Assembly (NCBI GenBank): GCA_016938455.1
Contig: JAFGUQ010000062.1
Span: 2,477-66,476, forward strand
Length of the DNA stretch: 64,000 nt
Origin: Clostridia bacterium
GTDB lineage: Bacteria > Bacillota > Clostridia > DUPQ01
Direction of reading: 5' to 3'
Shown: piece by piece, positions 18,138 through 28,424 of the stretch
Position numbering within the stretch: the stretch's first letter is position 1
Layout of the letters: every line of letters begins with the position of its first letter
Position numbers and translations under genes: made by a program
Notes under the pieces: model-generated
What the model saw: the letters and a program-made list of their open reading frames with translations, nothing else
Database searches by the model: none
Told to the model about the DNA's origin: nothing

Positions 18138-19754
18138 CTAACTATACATTTTCTTTCTGAGCTCCGCAATATCCTCACTTTCAAGGTACTCATCATAGGT
18201 CATCTGCCTGTCAATCAATCCATTTGGTGTAATTTCCATGATGCGGTTTGCAACGGTATGGACAAACTGATGGTCATGTGACACAAATAATATGGTTCCC
18301 TTGAAATTGATCAACCCGTTATTGAGTGCTGTGATTGATTCCAGATCAAGATGGTTGGTCGGTTCATCGAATAAAAGCACATTAGCTCCTGAAAGCATCA
18401 TTTTTGATAACATGCATCGAACTCTTTCTCCTCCGGAGATAACGCTTGCTTTTTTCAGTGCTTCATCTCCCGAGAAAAGCATTCTTCCAAGCCATCCTCT
18501 GACATATGAATCTGCTTTGTCTGATGAATATTCTCTTAACCAGTCAATCAATGACAGTTCATTGCCATCAAAGTATGCTGTATTATCTTTCGGGAAATAA
18601 GCTTTGGAAGTTGTCGCTCCCCATTTGAAGCTACCGCTGTCTTGATTGATTTCACCGATCAGTATTTTGAAAAGAGTGGTCTTTTCAAATCCGTTAGGTC
18701 CGACAAAAGCAATTTTGTCTCCTTTATTCACCATGAAGCTTATCTTGTCCAGTACCTTTTCTCCATTCATTGATTTACTGACTTCATTCACAAATAAAAG
18801 GTCATTCCCGACTTCTCTGTCTGGTTTGAAATCAACAAAAGGATATTTTCTTGAAGATGGTTTTATATCCTCTAAAGTCAGTTTTTCAAGTTGTTTCTTT
18901 CTTGAGGTAGCCTGCTTTGATTTTGAAGCATTGGCACTGAATCGCTGGATGAATTCTTCAAGGTCTTTACGCTTTGCTTCTGTTTTCTTGTTGGCATCTT
19001 TCGCCTGTTGAAGTGCCAGCTGACTTGACTCATACCAGAAGTCATAGTTTCCGGGATAAACCTGTATTTTACCAAAATCGATATCTGCAATATGTGTACA
19101 AACCTTATTAAGGAAATGTCTGTCATGAGAAACAACAATAACTGTGTTTTCAAAATTATACAGAAAATTTTCAAGCCATGTGATTGAGGTTACATCGAGA
19201 TGATTTGTAGGTTCATCTAACAGCAGAATCTGCGGATCTCCAAAAAGTGCTTGTGCCAGTAGAACCCTGACCTTTTCATTGCTTCCTATCTCTGACATTT
19301 TTTTGTCATGCCATTCTTCTGTAATTCCCAGTCCATTTAGTAAAGTAGCAGCGTCAGATTCAGCATCCCATCCGCCAATTTCTGCAAATTCTGTTTCCAG
19401 TTCAGAAATGATTAGCCCATCCTGCTCAGAAAACTCTGTTTTTTCATACAGCGCTTCCTTTTGATCAATAATGTCACATAATCTTTTATGTCCCATGATC
19501 ACTGTTTTCAATACTTCAAATTCGTCAAATTCATAGTGGTCCTGCTTTAAGACTGCTACCCTGTGATTCGATGAAACAGTTACTTCTCCTTTATTCGGTT
19601 CAATTTCTCCAGATAATATCTTCAAAAAAGTTGATTTTCCTGAACCGTTAGCTCCAATTAATCCATAACAGTTTCCAGGTATGAACTTTATGTTTACATT
19701 TTCAAATAGTGGGCGTTCTCCAAACCGTAAGGATACGCCATTAGCTGCAATCAT
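18138..19754 (-). CDS. ABC-F family ATPase (YbiT-like)
   Basis: N-terminus VSLRFGERPLFENVNIKF..GLIGANGSGKST is close to E. coli YbiT. Two ABC domains, no TM segments. Confidence 0.8.
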   Translation of the reverse strand: MIAANGVSLRFGERPLFENVNIKFIPGNCYGLIGANGSGKSTFLKILSGEIEPNKGEVTVSSNHRVAVLKQDHYEFDEFEVLKTVIMGHKRLCDIIDQKEALYEKTEFSEQDGLIISELETEFAEIGGWDAESDAATLLNGLGITEEWHDKKMSEIGSNEKVRVLLAQALFGDPQILLLDEPTNHLDVTSITWLENFLYNFENTVIVVSHDRHFLNKVCTHIADIDFGKIQVYPGNYDFWYESSQLALQQAKDANKKTEAKRKDLEEFIQRFSANASKSKQATSRKKQLEKLTLEDIKPSSRKYPFVDFKPDREVGNDLLFVNEVSKSMNGEKVLDKISFMVNKGDKIAFVGPNGFEKTTLFKILIGEINQDSGSFKWGATTSKAYFPKDNTAYFDGNELSLIDWLREYSSDKADSYVRGWLGRMLFSGDEALKKASVISGGERVRCMLSKMMLSGANVLLFDEPTNHLDLESITALNNGLINFKGTILFVSHDHQFVHTVANRIMEITPNGLIDRQMTYDEYLESEDIAELRKKMYS

Positions 19755-19886
19755 TTAATTACCTTCCTTCATATTGTATTCGACCTATTATAACACTTAG
19801 TACGAAAATTACCACTTAAAGATGGATTTGTTCAAGCAAATAGCTTCTTATGTTCTTTTTAAGATAAAGTTTCCTTTACTTTTTAA

Positions 19887-20972
19887 CTATTTGCATAATT
19901 TTCTTATTTCCTGCTCATGAGCAAATAAGGAGCAGCCTCCGTCATGGGGACCACCTACAAATTCCAGCTGGCTGAGCTTTTTGAACAAAGGAGACTGCAA
20001 CGCTTCTATTAATGTCATTGTTTTAAGGTTGCTATCTGAAAAAGGTGAAAAAGGACAGGGTTCTGCTCCGCCATAGGGGTTAATATGGAAAAATCCTCTT
20101 CCTGCCGCCAGGCATCCTCCAGTATATTTTTCATCCCCCGGAAATGCTACAAAAATGATTTCCTTGTATTTTTCAATCAGTGTTATCTGCTTCTGTTCAA
20201 AATAGGTTCTTTCTTTTTCTGTTGGTGCCAGATGATGGCTTCCTTTTGTTATGGGAACATATTCAATGAAAAAAACAAGCCGACAGCCTATCTCACGAAG
20301 TTTATCTATAAAATCCTCATCTGTCACTTCCATATAATTTTCCGTGGTGACTGTGATGGAAACTCCATATAAAATACCTGAGTCTTTTAGCTTTGAAAGA
20401 GTATTCATGATTTTCTGGTAGGTTCCTGACCCTCTTCTTGTCTCTGTTCGTTCACGACTTCCTTCCAGACTGACCACAGGAATCAGATTCCTTTTTTTTC
20501 TGAACAGGTTGATATATGTTTCATCAATCAATGTGCCGTTTGTAAAAATGGGAAACAGGATGTTTTCATGTGCTGAAGCGTTTATGATGATTTCTCTCTG
20601 AAGAAGAGGTTCTCCCCCTGCCAGTAAAAAAAATGAAACTCCGATTCGCCCGGCTTCATCAAAAATAGCCTCCCACTGCTTTGCTGACAAAACTTCTTCT
20701 TTCACAGTTTCTGAACAGATGGCATTTTCCCTGGCATAGCAGCCAGTACAAAACAGATTACATTTTGATGTAATGCTGCCTATTAAAAAAGCAGGAACAT
20801 GAATACCTTCATCTTCATACTTCTTTCTGATTTTATCTGCTTTTTTACAGGCGTTTCCAAATGTAAGAAAAAAAGCCGTTTCTCTTGGATTGATGATTGT
20901 CTTCCTGACAATGTCCTTAATCAACTCATTAATTGCCTTACCCATGTAAGCTGTGACATCACGATTTTCCAT
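19887..20972 (-). CDS. Radical SAM enzyme with C-terminal SPASM/twitch-like Cys cluster
   Basis: CNLFCTGC (Cx3Cx2C) at about residue 70, GGEPLL SAM-binding motif, C-terminal GGCLAAGRGFFHINPYGGAEPCPF...GGCSLF. 63-bp gap to the upstream ABC exporter gene. Confidence 0.7.
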   Translation of the reverse strand: MENRDVTAYMGKAINELIKDIVRKTIINPRETAFFLTFGNACKKADKIRKKYEDEGIHVPAFLIGSITSKCNLFCTGCYARENAICSETVKEEVLSAKQWEAIFDEAGRIGVSFFLLAGGEPLLQREIIINASAHENILFPIFTNGTLIDETYINLFRKKRNLIPVVSLEGSRERTETRRGSGTYQKIMNTLSKLKDSGILYGVSITVTTENYMEVTDEDFIDKLREIGCRLVFFIEYVPITKGSHHLAPTEKERTYFEQKQITLIEKYKEIIFVAFPGDEKYTGGCLAAGRGFFHINPYGGAEPCPFSPFSDSNLKTMTLIEALQSPLFKKLSQLEFVGGPHDGGCSLFAHEQEIRKLCK

Positions 20973-21035
20973 ATGTACCTCTTATCATTAATGATAAGAT
21001 TATATAGTCATTCCAATATTTATTCAAGAACCGTT

Positions 21036-23360
21036 CTATTCTGTTCTAAGTGCTTCCACCGGGTCTTTCTTCGCTGCCATTCTTGAAGGGATCAGACCTG
21101 CGATTAAGGTCAATACCATACTTCCGATTATAAGAAATATGGCATTCGGTAATGTCAGATTCGCCAGGTTTTCTATCTCTGCAAGTCTTGCAATAATCAG
21201 ATTGATCGGAATAATAAGCAGATAAGAAATACCTACACCAATGGTTCCTGCGACAAATCCTACAATCAGCGTTTCTGCATTGAATACTCTTGATACATCT
21301 TTCTTTCTGGCTCCTACGCTTCGTAAAATACCGATTTCCTTAGTTCTTTCAATCACTGATACATAAGTGATGATTCCTATCATGATAGTTGACACTAAAA
21401 GTGATATGGCAGCAAATCCTATCAGAACATAGGTCACTGTATTTAATAATGTACCAATCACACTGGTAATGGTTTCTGCAAGATCGGTAAACACTACCTG
21501 ATCTTCATTTGCCTTTCCTGTGTTATATTCCTCAAGATAGGTCTTTATACTGTCTTTACTGTTAAAATCAACCGGATATATATTAATCCCTGTAGGGGTG
21601 GTATCAGCTCCCAGACTGATCATTTTCACCTGTTTTGCAGCATCATTGGCAAATGGAATATTCAAAACGACATCGTAATCCGCTTCTTTTTGTGCTTTTG
21701 CAATTTCTGACTGTTTCGCATTATCCACCATATATTCAGTCAGTGCAGTTGTATAGGCGATTCCCGGAGACAGATAACTGCTGGCAGCTCCGTCTTTCAA
21801 TCTCAGTATGCCTGTGATGGTAAGATTGAATCCCTTGTCACTGTTATATATGGTTTCATAATCACCTGAACTCGCAGGTATGAACAATCCGTTCTCATCC
21901 TGATGATAAAAATCGTTGTTTGGAATGACTTTCAAAATAGTTTTTCCGATAAAATCAGAAATTTGATAAGTTTCCTGCTGAGTAAAGATTCCAAGTCTCT
22001 GAAAAAGAGCTTCATCTATTCTGTTATATTCATCAACAATCAGTATCACTTCATTTTTATTGACCGGCAAACGGCTGCTTTCTCCTATAAGATCATATAG
22101 AGACAGAATGAAGTCTGTATTCTCCGGCATTTCCTGCCAGTAGTTTCTTGAGGTTCCATACCTGACTACAGACTCTTCTCCTTTAGCAAGAACATTTATG
22201 CTGACTCCTCTTGAATATGAAATGGTATTGACGGTTCCCGGAAGATCATGTTCAAGCTTTGAAACATAGTTCAGATAATCTTCTGACAGCACATTGATAT
22301 GTCTGGTTGTATTCGCACTGCTGTCATATCGGTAAATGGTATCACCGCTCGGATATTTAACAAAAGCAGAAGGTTCTTCATCCATACCGAAACGCTGGCG
22401 GTCTGTAAAATCAATTCGCTGTTCTCCTGTACTGATGGAAATTGGAAAACCGGAAAGCGTTTCTGCCTGCATCTTATCTATATAGCTTGATAATCCTCCT
22501 GACAAGGCTAGCACAAGCGCCACTCCTATAATGCCTATGCTGCCTGCAAGCGAGGTAATAATTGTTCTTCCTTTTTTTGTCAGCAGATTTCTGAAAGATA
22601 AGGCAGTTGCTGTAAATAAAGACATGGAAGTTCTTTTGAACTTTTCTGATTCAGAAGGAATGATTCCATTTGCTCTGACATTCACATTATTATCCTGATG
22701 CAGTTCACCATCAAGAAGATGGATGATACGGCTGCTGTACATATCTGCAGTTTCCTTATTATGCGTTACCATGATCACTAAGCGGGTCTTTGAAATCTCT
22801 TTTAAAATATCCATAATCTGAATACTGGTATGGCTGTCAAGAGAACCGGTTGGTTCATCAGCAAGAATAATATCAGGATTATTCACCAGTGCACGGGCAA
22901 TAGCCACACGTTGCATCTGTCCTCCGGAAAGCTGATTCGGTTTCTTTTTCATCTGATCATCCAGCCCAACTGCTTCAAGTGCTTCTTTTGCTCTCTTTCT
23001 TCTTTCTGCTGTTTTTACTCCTGAAAGTGTCATGGCGATTTCAACATTCTGAAGAACTGTCTGATGAGTAATCAGATTATAGTTTTGAAATACAAATCCA
23101 ATTGATTTATTACGATAAGCATCCCAGTCACTGTCTTTGAAATTTTTTGTTGAAACTCCATTGATGATCAAATCACCTGAATCATATCTGTCTAATCCGC
23201 CAATCAGATTTAAGAGTGTGGTTTTTCCGCATCCGGATGGTCCTAGTATTGAAACGAATTCGCTTTCATTAAATTCAAGTGAAATATTTTTCAAGGCCTC
23301 AACAATGGTAGTTCCTGCTTTATAGGTTTTCCTGATGCTGACAAGTTTTAATTTTGACAT
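21036..23360 (-). CDS. Fused ABC ATPase / FtsX-family permease (MacB-type exporter)
   Basis: N-terminal ABC domain ([18 protein letters not shown]), then a large extracytoplasmic domain and C-terminal FtsX-like four-TM bundle. Confidence 0.8.
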   Translation of the reverse strand: MSKLKLVSIRKTYKAGTTIVEALKNISLEFNESEFVSILGPSGCGKTTLLNLIGGLDRYDSGDLIINGVSTKNFKDSDWDAYRNKSIGFVFQNYNLITHQTVLQNVEIAMTLSGVKTAERRKRAKEALEAVGLDDQMKKKPNQLSGGQMQRVAIARALVNNPDIILADEPTGSLDSHTSIQIMDILKEISKTRLVIMVTHNKETADMYSSRIIHLLDGELHQDNNVNVRANGIIPSESEKFKRTSMSLFTATALSFRNLLTKKGRTIITSLAGSIGIIGVALVLALSGGLSSYIDKMQAETLSGFPISISTGEQRIDFTDRQRFGMDEEPSAFVKYPSGDTIYRYDSSANTTRHINVLSEDYLNYVSKLEHDLPGTVNTISYSRGVSINVLAKGEESVVRYGTSRNYWQEMPENTDFILSLYDLIGESSRLPVNKNEVILIVDEYNRIDEALFQRLGIFTQQETYQISDFIGKTILKVIPNNDFYHQDENGLFIPASSGDYETIYNSDKGFNLTITGILRLKDGAASSYLSPGIAYTTALTEYMVDNAKQSEIAKAQKEADYDVVLNIPFANDAAKQVKMISLGADTTPTGINIYPVDFNSKDSIKTYLEEYNTGKANEDQVVFTDLAETITSVIGTLLNTVTYVLIGFAAISLLVSTIMIGIITYVSVIERTKEIGILRSVGARKKDVSRVFNAETLIVGFVAGTIGVGISYLLIIPINLIIARLAEIENLANLTLPNAIFLIIGSMVLTLIAGLIPSRMAAKKDPVEALRTE

Positions 23361-23475
23361 ATCTGTTTCCTTGCTGTTTTATATTTTTTCAGAGCTTTTG
23401 CCCTTTCTCTATTATACACATATTATACGGTTGTTAATCTTAGACATCATAACCTGCTTTTTTATTGCATTTAAA

Positions 23476-23498
23476 AAAGCACCATCAGGTGCTTTTTA
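23476..23498. terminator. Bidirectional rho-independent terminator at the 3' end of the antiporter gene
   Basis: AAAAAAGCACC-ATCA-GGTGCTTTTT: A-tract, GC stem, T-tract. Confidence 0.5.
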
Positions 23499-24708
23499 CT
23501 TCCTTTATTTTTTCTGGAATGACAATTTCCCCCGCTTTCAACAAAGCAAACTTCGCTGCAATCGGTCCTATGATCGAGTATATGAATGTGGAGCACAGGA
23601 TAATAACTCTGATTTGTGCAGAATATTCCGGAACAACTGCTCCTGCTACCACAATCAAACCTAACGCCACACCTGCTTGAGGCATTAAGGCAGGACCAAG
23701 GTATCTGCTGATATTTTTATCCTGCTTTGTGATTTTACCACCAGTCCAAGCGCCGGCAATTTTTCCAATGACTCTCATGACTACATAAATCAGTCCGATT
23801 ACACCGATGCTCTTAAGAGCAGAGACTTCAAAGCCTGCACCTGAAATGACAAAGAATAATAAGAAAATAGGGGGTGTAAATGAATCGGTGACTTTTGTAA
23901 CGCTTTTTATGTCATCAAAAATATTGACCAGTACACCGCCAAGTGCCATACAAGCTAACAATGAAGATCCTCCAGTAATCTGAGCCAGCCAATAAGTTAA
24001 CATGATAGCTCCGGCTATGACACAGATTCTGTTTGACGGCTTTTTAAACCATCTGAACATGATTTTCATCAATATGCTGACTATCGCACCTAATACAAAT
24101 GAAATTCCGATTTCATAGAGAGGATCAAGTATGGATAGCAGCACACTGCTGCCGGCTCCTTCAGTCATCATTCTGACAATTGTCGTGGAAAATCCGAACC
24201 CGATCAAAGCCACAGCATCATCAATGGCAACCACGCTCATAAGCATTGATGTCAATGGTCCTCTGGCCTGATACTGGTTGATGACCATGATGGTTTGAGC
24301 AGGTGCTGTCGCTGCGGCTATCGCTCCAAGCATAATGGATAACTTAGTGTCAAAACCAAGCAGCAGTAAAGCACCGGTTACCAGAATGATTGCTCCAAAG
24401 GATTCTGCAATTGCAATAAGTACCGGTGCAGCTCCGACTTTTTTAAAATAACTTAAATTAAATTCACTTCCGATGGAGAATGCGATAAACGCTAATGCTA
24501 TATCAGATATGACGGTAAACCCTTTTACCATACTAACCGGTATTAAATTAAAAAATGATGGGCCTAAAAGCAACCCTGCGATAAGATATCCTGTGACATT
24601 AGGAAGTTTAATGAATTTTGCAAGTCTTCCAAAGATAAGTCCAGAAAGTAATATGAGTGCAACTTCAACAATAATCTTATTTTCCACAGCCAAAGAATCC
24701 TTTCGCAA
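23485..24708 (-). CDS. Cation:proton antiporter (CPA2 / Na+-H+ exchanger family)
   Basis: 407 aa, 11-12 TM helices, Gly-rich KefB/NapA-like composition. Confidence 0.7.
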   Translation of the reverse strand: MRKDSLAVENKIIVEVALILLSGLIFGRLAKFIKLPNVTGYLIAGLLLGPSFFNLIPVSMVKGFTVISDIALAFIAFSIGSEFNLSYFKKVGAAPVLIAIAESFGAIILVTGALLLLGFDTKLSIMLGAIAAATAPAQTIMVINQYQARGPLTSMLMSVVAIDDAVALIGFGFSTTIVRMMTEGAGSSVLLSILDPLYEIGISFVLGAIVSILMKIMFRWFKKPSNRICVIAGAIMLTYWLAQITGGSSLLACMALGGVLVNIFDDIKSVTKVTDSFTPPIFLLFFVISGAGFEVSALKSIGVIGLIYVVMRVIGKIAGAWTGGKITKQDKNISRYLGPALMPQAGVALGLIVVAGAVVPEYSAQIRVIILCSTFIYSIIGPIAAKFALLKAGEIVIPEKIKEVKST

Positions 24709-25030
24709 AATCTATCGGTATGCTAAAAACCACACCAGCGCCTTTATTCCATAAATCGCCGACAACAGATTCAATTGCCTCAACAGCATCATTTAACTGC
24801 TCATCTTGGATGACACTAAAAATGACGTTGCTTTTTTCTCTTTCCGGACTTAAAAAAGCCCTTAGAGAACCAATAAACGGTATTTCATTCTCAAGGTGCT
24901 TATTACTTAATATTCGCGCCATTCCCACACTTTCAATAATGGTTGCTCCGCAGATGTTCTTTCGGACAAAAGCAGTCATGACCTCATCTAATTTGTCGGT
25001 ATCGTTTAAAACAAAAAACAATGCTTTCAT
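24677..25030 (-). CDS. PII-like (GlnB-fold) small protein overlapping the antiporter gene
   Basis: 117 aa. Segment GATIIESVGMAR...VIFSVI...GVVFSIPI aligns in architecture with PII/SbtB-type double beta-alpha-beta proteins. Overlaps the antiporter start by 32 nt. Confidence 0.45.
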   Translation of the reverse strand: MKALFFVLNDTDKLDEVMTAFVRKNICGATIIESVGMARILSNKHLENEIPFIGSLRAFLSPEREKSNVIFSVIQDEQLNDAVEAIESVVGDLWNKGAGVVFSIPIDFAKGFFGCGK

Positions 25031-25198
25031 TGGACACTCCCTTTCTTTACCGGTTAAAGTCCCTACTTTGTTAATTTTTTAACCAAAAATAGCTTTACCC
25101 AATAATTCAGAAAAGTAAACATAAAAACACGAAGTTTTTTTCTTTATATACTATAATATAAAGGAAAGACATTTAAATATTAATGGGGGTGATTCCAA

Positions 25199-26428
25199 AT
25201 GAATGTTAGATTCAATGATGTGCGTGACTGGTTTTTCAAGAAACGTTACGGATTATTCATTCACTGGGGGATTTACGCAGTGGATGGATGGCATGAACAG
25301 ATGATCTATCGTGGTAAATTGACCAGAAAAGAATATGTGCCTAAAATGTTTAAGTTCAACCCTGTCGGTTTCAATCCCGATCAATGGATTGACCTGGCTA
25401 TTGAAGCTGGAATGGAGTACTTATGTTTCACAACCAAGCATGTGGACGGTTTCTGTATGTTCAATACAAAATATACTGAGTTTAACATCATGAATACGCC
25501 ATACATGAAAGATATTCTTAAAATGCTGGCAGATGCCTGCCATCGAAGAAACTTTCCTTTGTGTCTTTATTATTCAATATGCGACATGAATCATATCAAT
25601 TATCCGAATCAGGGACGACCATACGAACTACCTGGTCCAGAGCAGGGAGACCAGCCTGATCAGGAAAAATATCTTGAATTTGTCAGAAATCAGGTCATTG
25701 AACTCTGTACCAATTACGGAGAAATACATGGGTTCTGGTGGGATGCCAATATCATCAGTCATAAGGATGAATCTGTTAACAACTTAATCAGATCACTGCA
25801 GCCAAAAGCTGTCATTAATAACAGAGGTTTTGATGAAGGAGATTTTGGAACTCCTGAAAGAGAATATGACTTTTATTCTCACGTAGATTCCGATGTTTCT
25901 TTTAAAACTCCGGTGGAAGCATGTCAGGCTGTGGGAACAGAGAGCTGGGGGTATAGAGTGGATGAGGATTATTATACCAACAGGTATCTTATGGAAAGTA
26001 TCGATAAAATCATGGCAAAAGGGGGTAATTATCTTCTAAATGTCGGTCCTGATCAAAATGGAGAAATTAATAAAAAATCAAGCGATATTTTACTGACCAT
26101 TGGTAATTGGCTAAAAAAAGTAAAGATTTCTCTTTATGAGGTCATTCCTTCTTCCATATTAACGACTAACCGGGATGTTCTGATCACTAAAAAAGAAAAC
26201 AAACTGTATATTCATTTGTTTAAGTCCCCGATAAAATCTTCTGTGTACCTGCCACCTATAAGCACACTTCCAAAAAAGGCAGTTTTACTGAATAATATGA
26301 CTTCTGTCAAAACAAGCATTGATATTACCCCTCATACCTGGAATGATGAAAAGCGAACGTTGCGTTTATGTGATTTACCTGTCAATGAATTTTTAAATGA
26401 GGTAATGGTCATTGAACTTGAGTTTTAA
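25199..26428 (+). CDS. Alpha-L-fucosidase (GH29), no signal peptide
   Basis: GH29 N-terminal signature YGLFIHWGIY and TKHVDGF. Confidence 0.8.
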   Translation: MNVRFNDVRDWFFKKRYGLFIHWGIYAVDGWHEQMIYRGKLTRKEYVPKMFKFNPVGFNPDQWIDLAIEAGMEYLCFTTKHVDGFCMFNTKYTEFNIMNTPYMKDILKMLADACHRRNFPLCLYYSICDMNHINYPNQGRPYELPGPEQGDQPDQEKYLEFVRNQVIELCTNYGEIHGFWWDANIISHKDESVNNLIRSLQPKAVINNRGFDEGDFGTPEREYDFYSHVDSDVSFKTPVEACQAVGTESWGYRVDEDYYTNRYLMESIDKIMAKGGNYLLNVGPDQNGEINKKSSDILLTIGNWLKKVKISLYEVIPSSILTTNRDVLITKKENKLYIHLFKSPIKSSVYLPPISTLPKKAVLLNNMTSVKTSIDITPHTWNDEKRTLRLCDLPVNEFLNEVMVIELEF

Positions 26429-26434
26429 AAAATG

Positions 26435-26458
26435 AAAAGCTCTGAAAACAGAGCTTTT
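26435..26458. terminator. Bidirectional rho-independent terminator
   Basis: AAAAGCTCTG-AAAA-CAGAGCTTTT between convergent genes. Confidence 0.5.
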
Positions 26459-26480
26459 CATGATTATTTATTAATTGCTT

Positions 26481-28424
26481 TTACATGAAACTTGAACTGG
26501 CAGTTAACGCCCATGACCCTAATATAGCCAATATGACTGAGCCTACATATACATACCCTGTTTTTCTGTAAGCATAAGTTGACAGGAAAAAGAAGAGGAT
26601 GAACTGCGGTATGATCACAATCAGATATGAAATGAACGGTCCTCCGAAAGTGCTTGTGAACAGTATATCCATTCCAGCTCCGATCCCTGCAAAAAAAGGA
26701 ATGTATTCAATAAGTGCAATGATAAACAACCCTCCAAGCATGACCACTATACTGCGAAGCCACCAGACAAGCTGTGTTTTTGCCGGTGATGAAAGTTCAC
26801 TCTGTCGCATCTGCCCATATAACTTAACGCCTCCGTTAACAAGGAAAAATAATAAATAGAATGGGAGATAAACCAGGAACTGCCACCCTCTGCTGCCGCT
26901 GAACGGGCGGAGTAACGGCCAAATGAAACGAAAATCCAGTCCGAAAATAATACTGAAAATCGTCACATAGACATATATCGACAAGACTAGTATAAAGGCA
27001 AGTAAAACTGATTTTCCGATAATCTTCCATGGAAGTTTGTCTGGCTTATTCTCATCAGCCAGTCCAAGATCGTTCAATGTTACACCTGTTTCTTTTCCTT
27101 CTCCTCGTTTAAACCAATACCTGAGCATGAAGAAAGCAATGACTGCCAATAAGAAGAACCATGTGATGATTCCATTCCCCACAGTCATCTTGAATATGTT
27201 TTCCGGCACAGGAACAAGCCCATGTCCTAATTGTGTGATGAAAGGATAGGTAACTGCACTGATAATAATGGCAACCAAAGCTGCTTTCCACCATTTTTTC
27301 TTTGTCATCAATGTTTTCGGGTGATTTGGAATCTTCTGTGAAACATCAGCAAAGAATTTTGTCCTGATCAATATCACTAATAACGGCAGCATTGATATTA
27401 ATGCAGCCAGAAGACCGATAAAAATCAGCAGTTCTTTATATATCGCAATTTGATTATCAGATGAAATCAAAGGATCTATATCAAATGCTTTTTCGAACCA
27501 TTCCACGGTTGTCGCCATACCCTCATGCGAAATTGTCACAAGTCGATGATTGATATTCAGAAGCTGAATACGTCTTGCTGTCCCATCATAAAAATCCCCA
27601 TATGTGGTATTCCACGATATAGGACTGTCCTGTCCTGCAAAATCATGATACCTGAGTTCAGTGTCCATGAGCCCGGAAGTAGAGTGTGTATAGTCACAAA
27701 ACGCTGTGAATTCCTCATACTTTGCCTGCAGAAGAAGCACATTATGAAACTCAATATTTTCACTGTCATAGTACTCTTCCGGTATAAGCTCACCACATTC
27801 AAGCAAGACCGCTTTATGATCCTGAAATGTTTCTGCAATGCTCCAGGCAGCATATGTCCCCATTGAATGACCTGCAACACCCATATTATCACTATCTACA
27901 AAAGGCATTTCTTTTAAAAGTGAATACGCAATACGCCCCCCCATTGAACTGTCCATGTTACTTTCTGCAACATCAGGAAGTGTATAAAAATCAAGCGTGG
28001 AAAAGCTCATCATCAGTAAAAATCTTTCTGGCCCTTTGACAGTCGCCTCCCACTTTGGAATTTTATGAGAGGTATATCCACGCGAAACCATTCCTATGGT
28101 CGTGTCCCCATGCCCGTAGGCATCCAAACACATGGCTACAATACCTCTCCTTGCCAGTTCAAGTGCATATGCTCCTGATGTGTCTTTATCATTCTGGTAC
28201 CCGTGAATCAGAAGTACTGCAGGTGAGGGATTGTCTGCTGTTGCACTATCAGGAACGTACAGCTTATAGGTGATTACTTCGCCGTTATCTGTCTCAATCT
28301 GCCATATGCTCACATCTATTTTACCGAAATCAATTTGAAACGCATATGCTAAGCTCATGGCTGCTATCATAATCAATAAACAGGCAAGAAAAACTATCAG
28401 CGGTTTCTTAATGCTTTTCTTCAT
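26481..28424 (-). CDS. Secreted alpha/beta-hydrolase domain fused to a C-terminal polytopic membrane domain
   Basis: Signal peptide, LLIHGYQND, nucleophile elbow GHSMG, then about nine TM helices in the C-terminal 300 aa. Confidence 0.55.
   Translation of the reverse strand: MKKSIKKPLIVFLACLLIMIAAMSLAYAFQIDFGKIDVSIWQIETDNGEVITYKLYVPDSATADNPSPAVLLIHGYQNDKDTSGAYALELARRGIVAMCLDAYGHGDTTIGMVSRGYTSHKIPKWEATVKGPERFLLMMSFSTLDFYTLPDVAESNMDSSMGGRIAYSLLKEMPFVDSDNMGVAGHSMGTYAAWSIAETFQDHKAVLLECGELIPEEYYDSENIEFHNVLLLQAKYEEFTAFCDYTHSTSGLMDTELRYHDFAGQDSPISWNTTYGDFYDGTARRIQLLNINHRLVTISHEGMATTVEWFEKAFDIDPLISSDNQIAIYKELLIFIGLLAALISMLPLLVILIRTKFFADVSQKIPNHPKTLMTKKKWWKAALVAIIISAVTYPFITQLGHGLVPVPENIFKMTVGNGIITWFFLLAVIAFFMLRYWFKRGEGKETGVTLNDLGLADENKPDKLPWKIIGKSVLLAFILVLSIYVYVTIFSIIFGLDFRFIWPLLRPFSGSRGWQFLVYLPFYLLFFLVNGGVKLYGQMRQSELSSPAKTQLVWWLRSIVVMLGGLFIIALIEYIPFFAGIGAGMDILFTSTFGGPFISYLIVIIPQFILFFFLSTYAYRKTGYVYVGSVILAILGSWALTASSSFM

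Noticed and set aside
16200-19754. ABC-F pair as antibiotic-resistance (ARE) determinants
   Set aside because: N-terminal sequences resemble the housekeeping YbiT and Uup types. No resistance-gene context was seen.
19823-19921. 32-aa plus-strand ORF (MDLFKQIASYVLFKIKF...) as a RiPP precursor for the radical SAM enzyme
   Set aside because: Convergent with and overlapping the 3' end of the radical SAM gene, no RBS, not Cys/Gly-rich; judged spurious.
19887-20972. Radical SAM protein as a canonical anaerobic sulfatase-maturating enzyme
   Set aside because: The CxxxCxxC motif lies about 70 residues in rather than within the first 30, the auxiliary Cys count is reduced, and the gene is 11 kb from the sulfatase. 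Kept only as a low-probability alternative in the findings.
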